Shown: piece by piece, positions 21,797 through 30,821 of the stretch
How positions within the stretch are numbered: the first letter of the stretch is position 1
Layout: each line of letters starts with the position of its first letter
Assembly (NCBI GenBank): GCA_042577985.1
Contig: JBHPDI010000001.1
Location: 2,334 to 66,333 of the forward strand
Length of the DNA stretch: 64,000 nucleotides
Direction: 5' to 3'
Source of the DNA: Halobacteriota archaeon
GTDB lineage: Archaea > Halobacteriota > UBA148
Notes under the pieces: model-generated
Databases searched by the model: none
What the model was told of the DNA's origin: nothing
Seen by the model: the letters and a program-made list of their open reading frames with translations, nothing else
Position numbers and translations under genes: made by a program

Positions 21797-22858
21797 ATGA
21801 AGGCACTGATATTATCGGGTGGAAAAGGGACTAGGTTGAGACCTCTCACGTTCACCACTGCAAAGCAATTAGTTCCAATAGCTAATAAACCTGTTCTCGG
21901 TTATGTGCTTGACTGTGTTGCACAAGCAGGTCTCACAGATGTTGGTGTTATCATAGCCCAAGAAACAAAAGAGGATGTTAAGAAGTATGTAGGAGATGGC
22001 TCTGAATGGGGATTCAAGGTGACTTACATTATGCAAGAGCCTTTGGGATTGGCTCACGCCGTTAAAACCGCAAAAGATTTTCTCGGTGATGATGACTTCG
22101 TGATGTACCTTGGAGACAACCTACTTGGTACAAGAATAAATGAGTTAGTGACTAATTTTCAAGAAGAGGGGTTCGATGCTTTAATCTTGCTAAAAGAAGT
22201 GGAGGATCCAAGACTGTTTGGTGTAGCTATTTTAGACGAAAAGGGGAACATTGTTAATCTTATAGAAAAGCCTAAGAAATCGCCTAGCAATTTAGCATTA
22301 GTTGGGGTTTATGTTTTTTCAAATAAGATTCACCAAGCTATAGATAGAATTAAACCTTCATGGCGTGGTGAATTAGAGATAACAGATGCAATTCAAGAGA
22401 TGATAAATTTAGGCTGTAAAGTCAAAGCAGAAATCCTCGAATCATGGTGGTTAGATACCGGAAAGAAGGACGACGTTCTCGATGCTAATGCTTTAGTTTT
22501 AGATGATTTTTGCAAGGGAGACATTAAGGGAAACATAGATGATAAAAGCAAGGTTAGTGGGAGGGTTAGAATCGAAGAGGGGACAAAAATAGTAAACAGT
22601 ATTGTTAGGGGACCTTGTGTAATTGGAAAAGATTGTACAATAGAGAATTCTTTCGTTGGCTCTTATACAAGCATTGGAAATAATTCAAATATTGTGGCAT
22701 CGGCCATAGAGTACTGCATCATAATGGAGAATGTCGAGATAAAAAATATTGATAGGTTGGAAGAAAGCTTGATTGGAAGGAATACAAAAATTTCTAAAAA
22801 CAGAAAACAAAAGGTATTAAAACTTCACATAGGTGATTATTCAGAGGTGGAGATTTAA
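21797..22858 (+). CDS. rmlA: Glucose-1-phosphate thymidylyltransferase-like NDP-sugar pyrophosphorylase (long archaeal form with LbH C-terminus)
   Basis: 353 aa. Has MKALILSGGKGTRLRPLTFTTAKQLVPIANKPVL (RmlA-type G-loop) and a hexapeptide-repeat C-terminus. Confidence 0.7.
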   Translation: MKALILSGGKGTRLRPLTFTTAKQLVPIANKPVLGYVLDCVAQAGLTDVGVIIAQETKEDVKKYVGDGSEWGFKVTYIMQEPLGLAHAVKTAKDFLGDDDFVMYLGDNLLGTRINELVTNFQEEGFDALILLKEVEDPRLFGVAILDEKGNIVNLIEKPKKSPSNLALVGVYVFSNKIHQAIDRIKPSWRGELEITDAIQEMINLGCKVKAEILESWWLDTGKKDDVLDANALVLDDFCKGDIKGNIDDKSKVSGRVRIEEGTKIVNSIVRGPCVIGKDCTIENSFVGSYTSIGNNSNIVASAIEYCIIMENVEIKNIDRLEESLIGRNTKISKNRKQKVLKLHIGDYSEVEI

Positions 22859-22871
22859 GACGGGTGTTAAT

Positions 22872-23741
22872 ATGAAAGTGCTAATAACTGGGAATACGGG
22901 ATTTATAGGGAGTAACATGTTCCGTTTCCTTGAAAGCAAAGAATCCGTAGAACCAATAGGATATTCAGAAAGCACAGGACAGGATATATTCGATTTGGAT
23001 AAGTTAAGAGAATTTGTTAAAAATTGTGATGTCGTTTATCATTTTGCTGCTTACGCTAAGCCGGGTGAGAGTATAACTAATCCTGTTAAAGCGATAGAAA
23101 CTAACGTTAAAGGTTGCTTAAATATTTTAGAGGCATGCAGAGAATATAAAGTTCCACTAATATATCCAAGTAGCTGCGAAATATACGGTAATTCAAAAGA
23201 ACCCATTAAAGAAGAGGCTCCTGTAAAACCACTTAATCCATATGCTGCGAGCAAAGCCTCAGCCGATAGCATTTGTTTTTCGTATTATATAAGTTATGAT
23301 ATGGATATTAAAATTGTGAGATTATTTAATCCCTATGGTCCAAAACAGCAGTTGAATAAAATAATACCCATATTATACTTCCAAGCCATCAATAATGAAG
23401 ATCTTACCGTGTTTGGGGAAGGAAATGATACAAGAGATTATGTATACGTAAAGGATATTATAAGGGGGCTATGGCTAGTAAGAAATTTGCCCGCGGGCGA
23501 AGTAATAAATTTAGCTACTGGGAAAGAAACAACAAATCTTGAAGTTGCTAATTTAATTTTAGAGTTAACAAATAGTGATTCAGAAATATCCTTTATAAAT
23601 TATCCAAAAGAATTTGGAAATATTAAAAATCAAGTTGGGTCATTTGAAAAAGCGAAAAGGCTGTTAGGATGGCATTCGGAAGTAGAGTTAGAAGAAGGTA
23701 TTAAAAAGACTATAAAATGGTTAGAAACAATAAAGGAGTAA
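22872..23741 (+). CDS. NAD-dependent epimerase/dehydratase family SDR
   Basis: Has GNTGFIGS, the YAASK catalytic motif and a C-terminal substrate domain. The start was moved to MKVLITG, which is in frame with the track ORF starting at 22833. Confidence 0.65.
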   Translation: MKVLITGNTGFIGSNMFRFLESKESVEPIGYSESTGQDIFDLDKLREFVKNCDVVYHFAAYAKPGESITNPVKAIETNVKGCLNILEACREYKVPLIYPSSCEIYGNSKEPIKEEAPVKPLNPYAASKASADSICFSYYISYDMDIKIVRLFNPYGPKQQLNKIIPILYFQAINNEDLTVFGEGNDTRDYVYVKDIIRGLWLVRNLPAGEVINLATGKETTNLEVANLILELTNSDSEISFINYPKEFGNIKNQVGSFEKAKRLLGWHSEVELEEGIKKTIKWLETIKE

Positions 23742-23745
23742 AAGG

Positions 23746-25080
23746 ATGGAGACCTACGAAGAACTGGAAAAAATAAAAGAAGAGATTTTTAAGAAAATAG
23801 CAGAATATTATGAAGTTAAGAAGGGGGAAAAGGGGGAATCTGTCCCAAGTTCATACAGAATAAGTTATGCTAAAGCTATTTTTGATGAAAAAGAGGTAAT
23901 TTCAATAACAGACTCTATTTTAAAAGAATGGCTTGGTTTGGGACCAAAGGCGAGAGAATTTACTAAGATGTTCTCGGAATATCTGGGGGTCTCAAAGACG
24001 GTTTTAGTTAATTCAGGCTCATCTGCAAATTTACTTGCACTAACCGCACTAAAATCAAATAAAATTAAAAAACCATTAAATAATGGAGAAGAAGTAATAA
24101 CACCCGCCGTAACATTTCCTACTGTTGTTAACCCAATAATACAGAATGACTTGATTCCAGTAATAGTGGATGCTAACATAGAAACTTATAATATCGATAT
24201 TGAGAGGTTAAAAGAAGCCATTACTCCTAAAACAAGGGCAATTATGTTACCCCATATGTTGGGAAACTCAAATGATATGGACGCTATAATAGATATTGCT
24301 GAAGATCACAAACTTTATTTAATCGAAGATAATTGCGATGCGCTTGGATCTGAGTTTGATGGGAAAAAAACAGGTAGTTTTGGTATTTTATCAACTTGTT
24401 CTTTTTATCCTGCACATCACATCACAATGGGGGAGGGCGGATCTATCTCTATTATCGCAGACGATGCGAATCTATATAGAGTAATAATATCCCTTAGAGA
24501 CTGGGGGAGGGACTGTTGGTGTGAAAGTGATGAGAAATCACCCACTGGTGCTTGTGATAGAAGATTTGAATGGGAGATTGGTGGGACAAAATATGATCAT
24601 CGCTATATATACAGCCATATCGGATATAACTTAAAACCAATAGAAATTCAGGCTGCAATGGGAGTGGAACAGCTCAAGAAGATAGGAGATTTTAACCAGA
24701 AAAGGAGGGATAATTTTCAATATCTATATAATAATTTGAGAAAATATGTGGAATATATATCTTTCATAAAAAAACCAAAGAAAGCTAATCCTGCATGGTT
24801 TGCTTTTCCAATTATGGTAAACGAGAAAGCTCCTTTCTCTAGATACGAAATTACGAAATACTTGGAAGACAAAGGAATACAAACAAGATTACTATTTGCA
24901 GGAGAAATCACTAAACAGCCAGCGTACAAATCAATCCAATTCAAATCTTCTGGGTCTTTAGAAAATTCTGAAAAAGTGATGAAAAATTCTTTTTTCATTG
25001 GAATTCATCCAGGGCTTAACGAATTGCAATTAAAATATATTGTTAAGATTTTTGATAGTTTTATGGAAGGGTTTAGGTAA
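23746..25080 (+). CDS. E1/ColD-like PLP/PMP-dependent NDP-4-keto-6-deoxyhexose 3-dehydrase (DegT/DnrJ/EryC1 fold, His replaces the Schiff-base Lys)
   Basis: 444 aa. The active-site segment is STCSFYPAHHITMGEGG, with H where aminotransferases have K. This substitution defines ColD and E1 (RfbH/DdhC). A Cys cluster (C-x38-C-x-C-x10-C: STCS...DCWCESDEKSPTGAC) resembles the E1 [2Fe-2S] site. Confidence 0.65.
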   Translation: METYEELEKIKEEIFKKIAEYYEVKKGEKGESVPSSYRISYAKAIFDEKEVISITDSILKEWLGLGPKAREFTKMFSEYLGVSKTVLVNSGSSANLLALTALKSNKIKKPLNNGEEVITPAVTFPTVVNPIIQNDLIPVIVDANIETYNIDIERLKEAITPKTRAIMLPHMLGNSNDMDAIIDIAEDHKLYLIEDNCDALGSEFDGKKTGSFGILSTCSFYPAHHITMGEGGSISIIADDANLYRVIISLRDWGRDCWCESDEKSPTGACDRRFEWEIGGTKYDHRYIYSHIGYNLKPIEIQAAMGVEQLKKIGDFNQKRRDNFQYLYNNLRKYVEYISFIKKPKKANPAWFAFPIMVNEKAPFSRYEITKYLEDKGIQTRLLFAGEITKQPAYKSIQFKSSGSLENSEKVMKNSFFIGIHPGLNELQLKYIVKIFDSFMEGFR

Positions 25081-26027
25081 TGAAGATACTAATAACAGGT
25101 GGAGCAGGCTTCATAGGATGTAATTTTGTTCGATATATGCTAAAGAAGTATCCTACTGAAGAGATTTTAGTCTTAGATAAACTAACTTATGCTGGCAGAA
25201 TAGAGAATTTACAAGACGTTATGGATAAAATAAAGTTTATCAAAGGAGATATTTGCAATAAAAAGGATGTTGAGAAAGTAGGGCATTGCGACGCCATATT
25301 CAACTTTGCAGCAGAGACGCATGTTGATCGCTCGATAATAGATGCAGGCATATTTGTAAAAACGGACATTCTTGGTACTTATAATCTATTGGAGCATGCA
25401 AGAAAGCATGATGTTGAAAAATACATCCAAATAAGTACGGATGAAGTATACGGTTCGATAGAAAAGGACTCTTTTAAAGAAAGTGACATATTAGATCCAT
25501 CTTCTCCTTACTCAGCGAGCAAAGCGGGAGCGGATTTGTTAGTTAAGGCATACTACAAGACTTATGGCGTGCAAGCATTAATAACTCGCAGTTCAAACAA
25601 CTTTGGTCCCTATCAGTATCCAGAGAAGCTAATTCCTGTTCTCATTATCAATGCCTTGTATGATAAACCGTTACCAATTTATGGGGAAGGTAAAAACATA
25701 AGAGATTGGATTTATGTTATGGATAATTGTGAAGCGATAGATTTAGTATTTCAAAAAGGAAAGATGATGGAGACGTATAACATCGGTGCTGGAAATGAAA
25801 AAACGAATATAGAAATTGTAAACTTAATATTGGGGGAAATGAAAAAACCGAAGAGTTTAATAGAATTTGTAATGGATAGGCCGGGGCATGATTTTAGATA
25901 CTCTTTAAATTGCGAGAAAATAAAAAGATTAGGATGGGAGCCTAAGGTAAAGTTTGAGGAAGGGATTGAGAAAACTATTAATTGGTATGCTGAAAATAGA
26001 GGATGGTGGGAAACATTGTTGAAGTAA
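25080..26027 (+). CDS. rmlB: dTDP-glucose 4,6-dehydratase-like (RmlB-type SDR)
   Basis: 315 aa. [59 protein letters not shown] and most other blocks match RmlB. Confidence 0.8.
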   Translation: MKILITGGAGFIGCNFVRYMLKKYPTEEILVLDKLTYAGRIENLQDVMDKIKFIKGDICNKKDVEKVGHCDAIFNFAAETHVDRSIIDAGIFVKTDILGTYNLLEHARKHDVEKYIQISTDEVYGSIEKDSFKESDILDPSSPYSASKAGADLLVKAYYKTYGVQALITRSSNNFGPYQYPEKLIPVLIINALYDKPLPIYGEGKNIRDWIYVMDNCEAIDLVFQKGKMMETYNIGAGNEKTNIEIVNLILGEMKKPKSLIEFVMDRPGHDFRYSLNCEKIKRLGWEPKVKFEEGIEKTINWYAENRGWWETLLK

Positions 26028-26029
26028 CA

Positions 26030-27007
26030 ATGGGTGATAAGTATCCAGGAATCAGTGTCGTAATACCGGCATACAATGGTGAGAAGACAATTGGCAAAAC
26101 GATAGAATCTATTTTGAATCAGAAATATGAAGGAGAAATTGAAATAATTATTGTGAATGACTGTTCAACCGATGGTACCTTAGAAGTTGTTCAGCAGTAT
26201 CCAACAAAGATAATAAATAATGATACGAATTTGGGATTGGCTTATTCTGTAAATAAAGGTGTAAAAGCCTCAAAGAATGATATTGTTTCCGTGATTCATG
26301 AAGATATACTATTGATTGACAAAGAATGGGTCAAGAAATTAGTCCCTTATCTCAAGGAAGGAGTTGCAGTAGTTTCTTCACCTGTAATGTTACCAAGGGA
26401 AATCTATGACACATTTGGTTTCTGGGAGATGGTTTTATTCTCATGGGATTTGAAAGAAGATTATGAAAAAACTGTGGAAATTTTCACAGATGGGTATAAT
26501 GAATTCAAAAACGTCATTTTCAAGAAAGATATTTTCCTAAAGTTTGGAGGATTAGATGGAAATATATACCGGGCAGCTTGTGAGGATGTGGATTTGAGTA
26601 TGAAATTGTTTAAGGCAGGTTATAATATGGTCTCAGTTCCAATCCCAGTTTATCATCTTCATTCTTCTCGTGCAGCTAATCTTTCAAAGATATTATTTGA
26701 ATACCGACCTCGATTATCAGAAGGACAAGGCGTTTTGTTCAGAAAATACGGATTTAGATCATGGGACATAAATAATCAAAATTTCAAAACTATTGCGATT
26801 ATAGCTCTTTTTGTTCCCTTCAACATAATTCGAATAGTCGGAGCACTTTTCATCCTTGCAATAATTTTTGGAAATACGATAAGAGCATTTAAGGTTATGA
26901 AAAATCTAAAAGTTTTTATATTAGTTCCTCTAGTAAAAATTTTAGATTATTTCTTAGAAGTAATTTACTTCTGGAAAGGTTTCCTAACAGGTAGGCAGAG
27001 GAAATGA
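26030..27007 (+). CDS. Glycosyltransferase family 2 with C-terminal membrane segment
   Basis: Has ISVVIPAYNGEKTIGKTIESILNQ...VNDCSTDGT (GT-A DxD context). The start was moved to MGDKY, in frame with the track ORF starting at 26003. Confidence 0.7.
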   Translation: MGDKYPGISVVIPAYNGEKTIGKTIESILNQKYEGEIEIIIVNDCSTDGTLEVVQQYPTKIINNDTNLGLAYSVNKGVKASKNDIVSVIHEDILLIDKEWVKKLVPYLKEGVAVVSSPVMLPREIYDTFGFWEMVLFSWDLKEDYEKTVEIFTDGYNEFKNVIFKKDIFLKFGGLDGNIYRAACEDVDLSMKLFKAGYNMVSVPIPVYHLHSSRAANLSKILFEYRPRLSEGQGVLFRKYGFRSWDINNQNFKTIAIIALFVPFNIIRIVGALFILAIIFGNTIRAFKVMKNLKVFILVPLVKILDYFLEVIYFWKGFLTGRQRK

Positions 27008-27873
27008 AAATAATAATTACAATCCCAGCATATAATGAAGAAGAGAGTATTAGTTATGTGATTAGCGGTATTAAAAAAACGATGGATCAAACTGAATACG
27101 AGTATAAGATAATTGTTGTCAATGATGGTTCGACAGATAACACAGCTAATATCGCAAAAAGTTCTGGGGCATTAGTTTATTCACATCCATATAATTATGG
27201 TCTAGCTGAAACTTTTAGAACTGAAATAGAAAAAGCTTTAGAGGGCAATGCGGAGATAATTGTCCATATAGATGCGGATGGACAATATAGGCCAGAGGAA
27301 ATTCATGAATTGATAAAACCCCTAGAAAATAAAGAAGCTGATTTGGTATTAGGCTCAAGGTTTGCCGGGGTTATTGAAAAAATGCCATTTGTTAAAAAAT
27401 TAGGCAATATTGCTTTTTCAAAAGTAGTTTCTCAAATAAGTGGAATAAAAGTGACAGATGCGCAGACAGGGTTCAGGGCATTTACAAGAGAGATCGCTGA
27501 AAAAATCGAGATTATTTCTACACATACATATACGCAAGAACAGATAATAAAAACAGTTAGAAATAAGTTCAAAGTAAAAGAAGTTCCGATTTATTTCGAA
27601 AAAAGGAAGTCAGGTACGAGCAGATTGATGTCGAATCCAGTTGATTTTGCAATTAAGGCATGGATTAATTTATTGAGAATATATAGGGATTTTGAACCTC
27701 TAAAGTTCTTTGGAGTAGTGGGGTTTGTTTTAATATTCACTGCTATATTAACTTTTTTTTGTAGTATATTCTTCTTGAGGGAACTTTTAGATATAACAGT
27801 TATAGTTCTTATTTTAGCCGGAATTCAGATTATATTATTTGGTTTTTTAGCAGAGATGGTGAAAAAAAGGTGA
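27004..27873 (+). CDS. GT2 polyprenyl-phosphate hexose synthase-like (DPM1/GtrB/AglJ-like) with C-terminal TM helices
   Basis: 289 aa. Has IIITIPAYNEEESI...VVNDGSTDNT...DADGQY and two C-terminal TM helices. Confidence 0.7.
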   Translation: MKIIITIPAYNEEESISYVISGIKKTMDQTEYEYKIIVVNDGSTDNTANIAKSSGALVYSHPYNYGLAETFRTEIEKALEGNAEIIVHIDADGQYRPEEIHELIKPLENKEADLVLGSRFAGVIEKMPFVKKLGNIAFSKVVSQISGIKVTDAQTGFRAFTREIAEKIEIISTHTYTQEQIIKTVRNKFKVKEVPIYFEKRKSGTSRLMSNPVDFAIKAWINLLRIYRDFEPLKFFGVVGFVLIFTAILTFFCSIFFLRELLDITVIVLILAGIQIILFGFLAEMVKKR

Positions 27874-29135
27874 CAAATGACAAAGAGGTGCACAATTTTA
27901 AGGATTTAGATCCAGAACTCTGTACCTTTTGTGGCACGTGCGTAGGTGTATGTCCTCAAAATTCATTAATCGCTAAACACGGAAAAATTTATTCGGTAGG
28001 CAAATGTAAATCTTGTGGACTTTGTTATAATGCCTGTCCTGGTAGAGAAGTTGCCTTCTCTAAATTAAATTCACATATTTTTAAATCTTCACAAAGAGAT
28101 AGATATGTCGGTGTTTACAAATCATTATATGTGGGACATTCAAGAGATGTAAAAATAAGAAATAATGCATCTTCTGGAGGTGTCGTAACATCATTATTAA
28201 TTTTTTTATTGGACAAAGGTCTAATTGATGGAGCTATCGTTGTTTGCATGAAATATAAAGAACCATGGAATTACGAAGTAAAAATTGCGAGAACAAAAAA
28301 AGATATTTTGAAAGCTTCACAATCTAAATACTCTTTAGTTCCTCTAAATGCTATTTTAAGTAAAATAAGGAAAGAAGATGGTAATTTTGCCCTTGTGGGT
28401 TTACCTTGCCATATCCATGGTATTAGAAGTCTTCAAATGATGGGGTGGGAACACAGTGATAAGATTAAATATTTAATTGGTCTATTTTGTGGTTTTAATA
28501 TGCATTTATCCGCAACAAATCATCTTATCAATAAATTAGGAGTTGAAAAAGGAGATATACTAAGTCTCCAATATAGGGGGGGCAATTATCCAGGTGGTTT
28601 CCTTATAAAAACAAAAAATAATAATGAAAAATCTCTTGAGAAGTTTTATTATAATCTATTAAACCTAATGTATGTTCCTAAGAGGTGTCTACTTTGTGTG
28701 GACCTTATGAATGAACTTGCTGATATCTCGGTAGGTGATGCGTGGATTAAAGATATTGATAAAGATGGATGGTCAACAGTTATAGTTAGAACAGAAAAAG
28801 GAGAAACCTTGTTTAAGGATGCCATAAAACACAATTATTTGGGCTATAAAAAAATTTCAAGAGAAGATCTTTTAAAATCACATTCACATTTAATAAGATA
28901 CAAAAAAATAAAAGTTTTTATCAGATTATATTTAAGCAAGAAAAAACCGATATATGATTTGGAGTATCCTAATATGAAGATACATGAATATATACCGGGC
29001 GCTCTATTCTTTTATTCAGTTAAAATTCTGGGCAATGATTATATTAAAAAAGTTATAGGTTTTTTGCCACTAAAATTATTTGGGATTATAGCACATTTAG
29101 GCAAATACATAATAAGAAAGGGAGAGCTAGAATGA
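27870..29135 (+). CDS. FrhB/FdhB-like protein (coenzyme F420 hydrogenase/dehydrogenase beta-subunit family) with N-terminal 2x[4Fe-4S] ferredoxin domain
   Basis: 421 aa. Has CTFCGTCVGVCP and CKSCGLCYNACP ferredoxin motifs followed by an FrhB-like FAD/F420 domain. Confidence 0.6.
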   Translation: MTNDKEVHNFKDLDPELCTFCGTCVGVCPQNSLIAKHGKIYSVGKCKSCGLCYNACPGREVAFSKLNSHIFKSSQRDRYVGVYKSLYVGHSRDVKIRNNASSGGVVTSLLIFLLDKGLIDGAIVVCMKYKEPWNYEVKIARTKKDILKASQSKYSLVPLNAILSKIRKEDGNFALVGLPCHIHGIRSLQMMGWEHSDKIKYLIGLFCGFNMHLSATNHLINKLGVEKGDILSLQYRGGNYPGGFLIKTKNNNEKSLEKFYYNLLNLMYVPKRCLLCVDLMNELADISVGDAWIKDIDKDGWSTVIVRTEKGETLFKDAIKHNYLGYKKISREDLLKSHSHLIRYKKIKVFIRLYLSKKKPIYDLEYPNMKIHEYIPGALFFYSVKILGNDYIKKVIGFLPLKLFGIIAHLGKYIIRKGELE

Positions 29136-30763
29136 GCGAAAATAGCTATCGAACTTATGTTTTAAATAATATGCCACGCCTGATAAGTCAGCTTGACCGG
29201 GACAAAAATTCTCTGACATATGGCTGTTTCGACAGAAACTATTGGCATTATAAGATAAGAGACTTTCCTTCAATAATTCTTCAACAAGGTTCTTTAGCTT
29301 TAGCCTTACTTTATTCAAATAACTTCAAAGGAAATATTTATTATAAGAACAAAAAAATTGAGGAATGGACTTTAGCATCCCTCTATTTTTGGATGGAAAA
29401 CCAATTAAAGGACGGTTCTTTTAATGAGTATTGGCCAAATGAGCACGGATATCCTCCAACGGTATTTTCTTTATATACCACCTCGGAGACATATAGGCTA
29501 TTGCATGCTTTTATTGACAAAAAAGACGGCTTAGAAAGGGCCTTAATTAAATCGTGCAACTTTATCTCTAAACATGATGAAAAGGGAGCACAGAACCAGG
29601 AAATAGCTTCTATTACCTCGTTATATAGTGTGTATTTATCAATCAAAGAAAAATGGTTATTAAATATTATTGATGAAAAAGTGAAGCAAATCCTCAAAAG
29701 GCAATCACATGAAGGATGGATCTCTGAATACGGTGGTGCAGATATTGGGTATCTGAGTGTATCACTGGGTTATCTCGCTGAGTATTATAAAATGAGTCAA
29801 GATAAAAGAGTATTTCCTGCTCTAAAAAGTATTGTAGATTTTATGCAGTTCTTTATACATCCTGATTCTACCTCTGGGGGGGATTATGGGAGTAGAAATA
29901 CTGAATACTTTCTTCCAAACGGTTTAGAGATTTTAGCAGCAGATTATTCGTTGGCAGGTGCTATAGCTGATAAATTATTAAATAATTTAGAAAAATATCA
30001 AACTCTTCCTAACACAGTAGACGAGAGATATCTTTCTCATTATTTCTTACATTCTTATGTTGGTGCACTACTTAATTATAAACCCAGAAGAGATATCCCA
30101 AAGCTTCCGTGCGAGATAAAATGTGAGAAATATTTTAAAGATGCGGGTTTATATGTTCTAAATAATGGAAATTATTATGCTATTTTAGGATTATCAAAAG
30201 GCGGAGTTTTAAAAGTTTTTTCGCAAGGAAAAGAAATTCTAAATGACTGTGGTTATATGGCAAAAATCTCTAAAAATAAACTCATTACAACTAATTGGGT
30301 TGATCAGAGTTATATAAAAGAAAAGAAAGGGAATACTTTTATCGTTTCTGGTGATTTCCACTCGATATCACAATATTTACCCACCCCTTTAAAGCATTTC
30401 TTGCTGAGAGGTGCGTCGAGTATATTTGGTAAGCGACTTATACCTATTTTGAAAAAGCGACTAATAACTAGAGATATAAAAGTGCCAACTACTTTTAAAA
30501 GAACGGTGACTTTTCATGGTAAAAGAATAATTATCGATGATATTATTACTTCTGAAAACGTATTAAAAGAAGTTTCTACATCCGATGGTTTTTCTTTCCG
30601 ATATGTTCCATCATCTAAATATTTTCAAATTAACGAAATTAAGAGAATAAATATAGATAAAATTTTCCAAAATATTAGGAAAATTGAAATCAAAAAGGAG
30701 GTAGACTGCATAAATGGAAAAGTCTTTATTGCAAATGAAAATCACAAGAAAAGAAATTCATAA
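29132..30763 (+). CDS. Hypothetical protein, no motif recognised (possibly polysaccharide-modifying)
   Basis: 543 aa soluble ORF, translationally coupled to the FrhB-like gene (4-nt overlap). Confidence 0.4.
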   Translation: MSENSYRTYVLNNMPRLISQLDRDKNSLTYGCFDRNYWHYKIRDFPSIILQQGSLALALLYSNNFKGNIYYKNKKIEEWTLASLYFWMENQLKDGSFNEYWPNEHGYPPTVFSLYTTSETYRLLHAFIDKKDGLERALIKSCNFISKHDEKGAQNQEIASITSLYSVYLSIKEKWLLNIIDEKVKQILKRQSHEGWISEYGGADIGYLSVSLGYLAEYYKMSQDKRVFPALKSIVDFMQFFIHPDSTSGGDYGSRNTEYFLPNGLEILAADYSLAGAIADKLLNNLEKYQTLPNTVDERYLSHYFLHSYVGALLNYKPRRDIPKLPCEIKCEKYFKDAGLYVLNNGNYYAILGLSKGGVLKVFSQGKEILNDCGYMAKISKNKLITTNWVDQSYIKEKKGNTFIVSGDFHSISQYLPTPLKHFLLRGASSIFGKRLIPILKKRLITRDIKVPTTFKRTVTFHGKRIIIDDIITSENVLKEVSTSDGFSFRYVPSSKYFQINEIKRINIDKIFQNIRKIEIKKEVDCINGKVFIANENHKKRNS

Positions 30764-30821
30764 GAAACCAAAAATTTTTTATGCCATGAAACTTGCTGAA
30801 TAAAGACAAAAGGATATTAAA

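Noticed and set aside
23746-25080. Calling this ORF an ordinary sugar aminotransferase
   Set aside because: The Schiff-base Lys position reads His (PAHHITMGEGG), which is diagnostic of the dehydrase subgroup, so the aminotransferase call was dropped.
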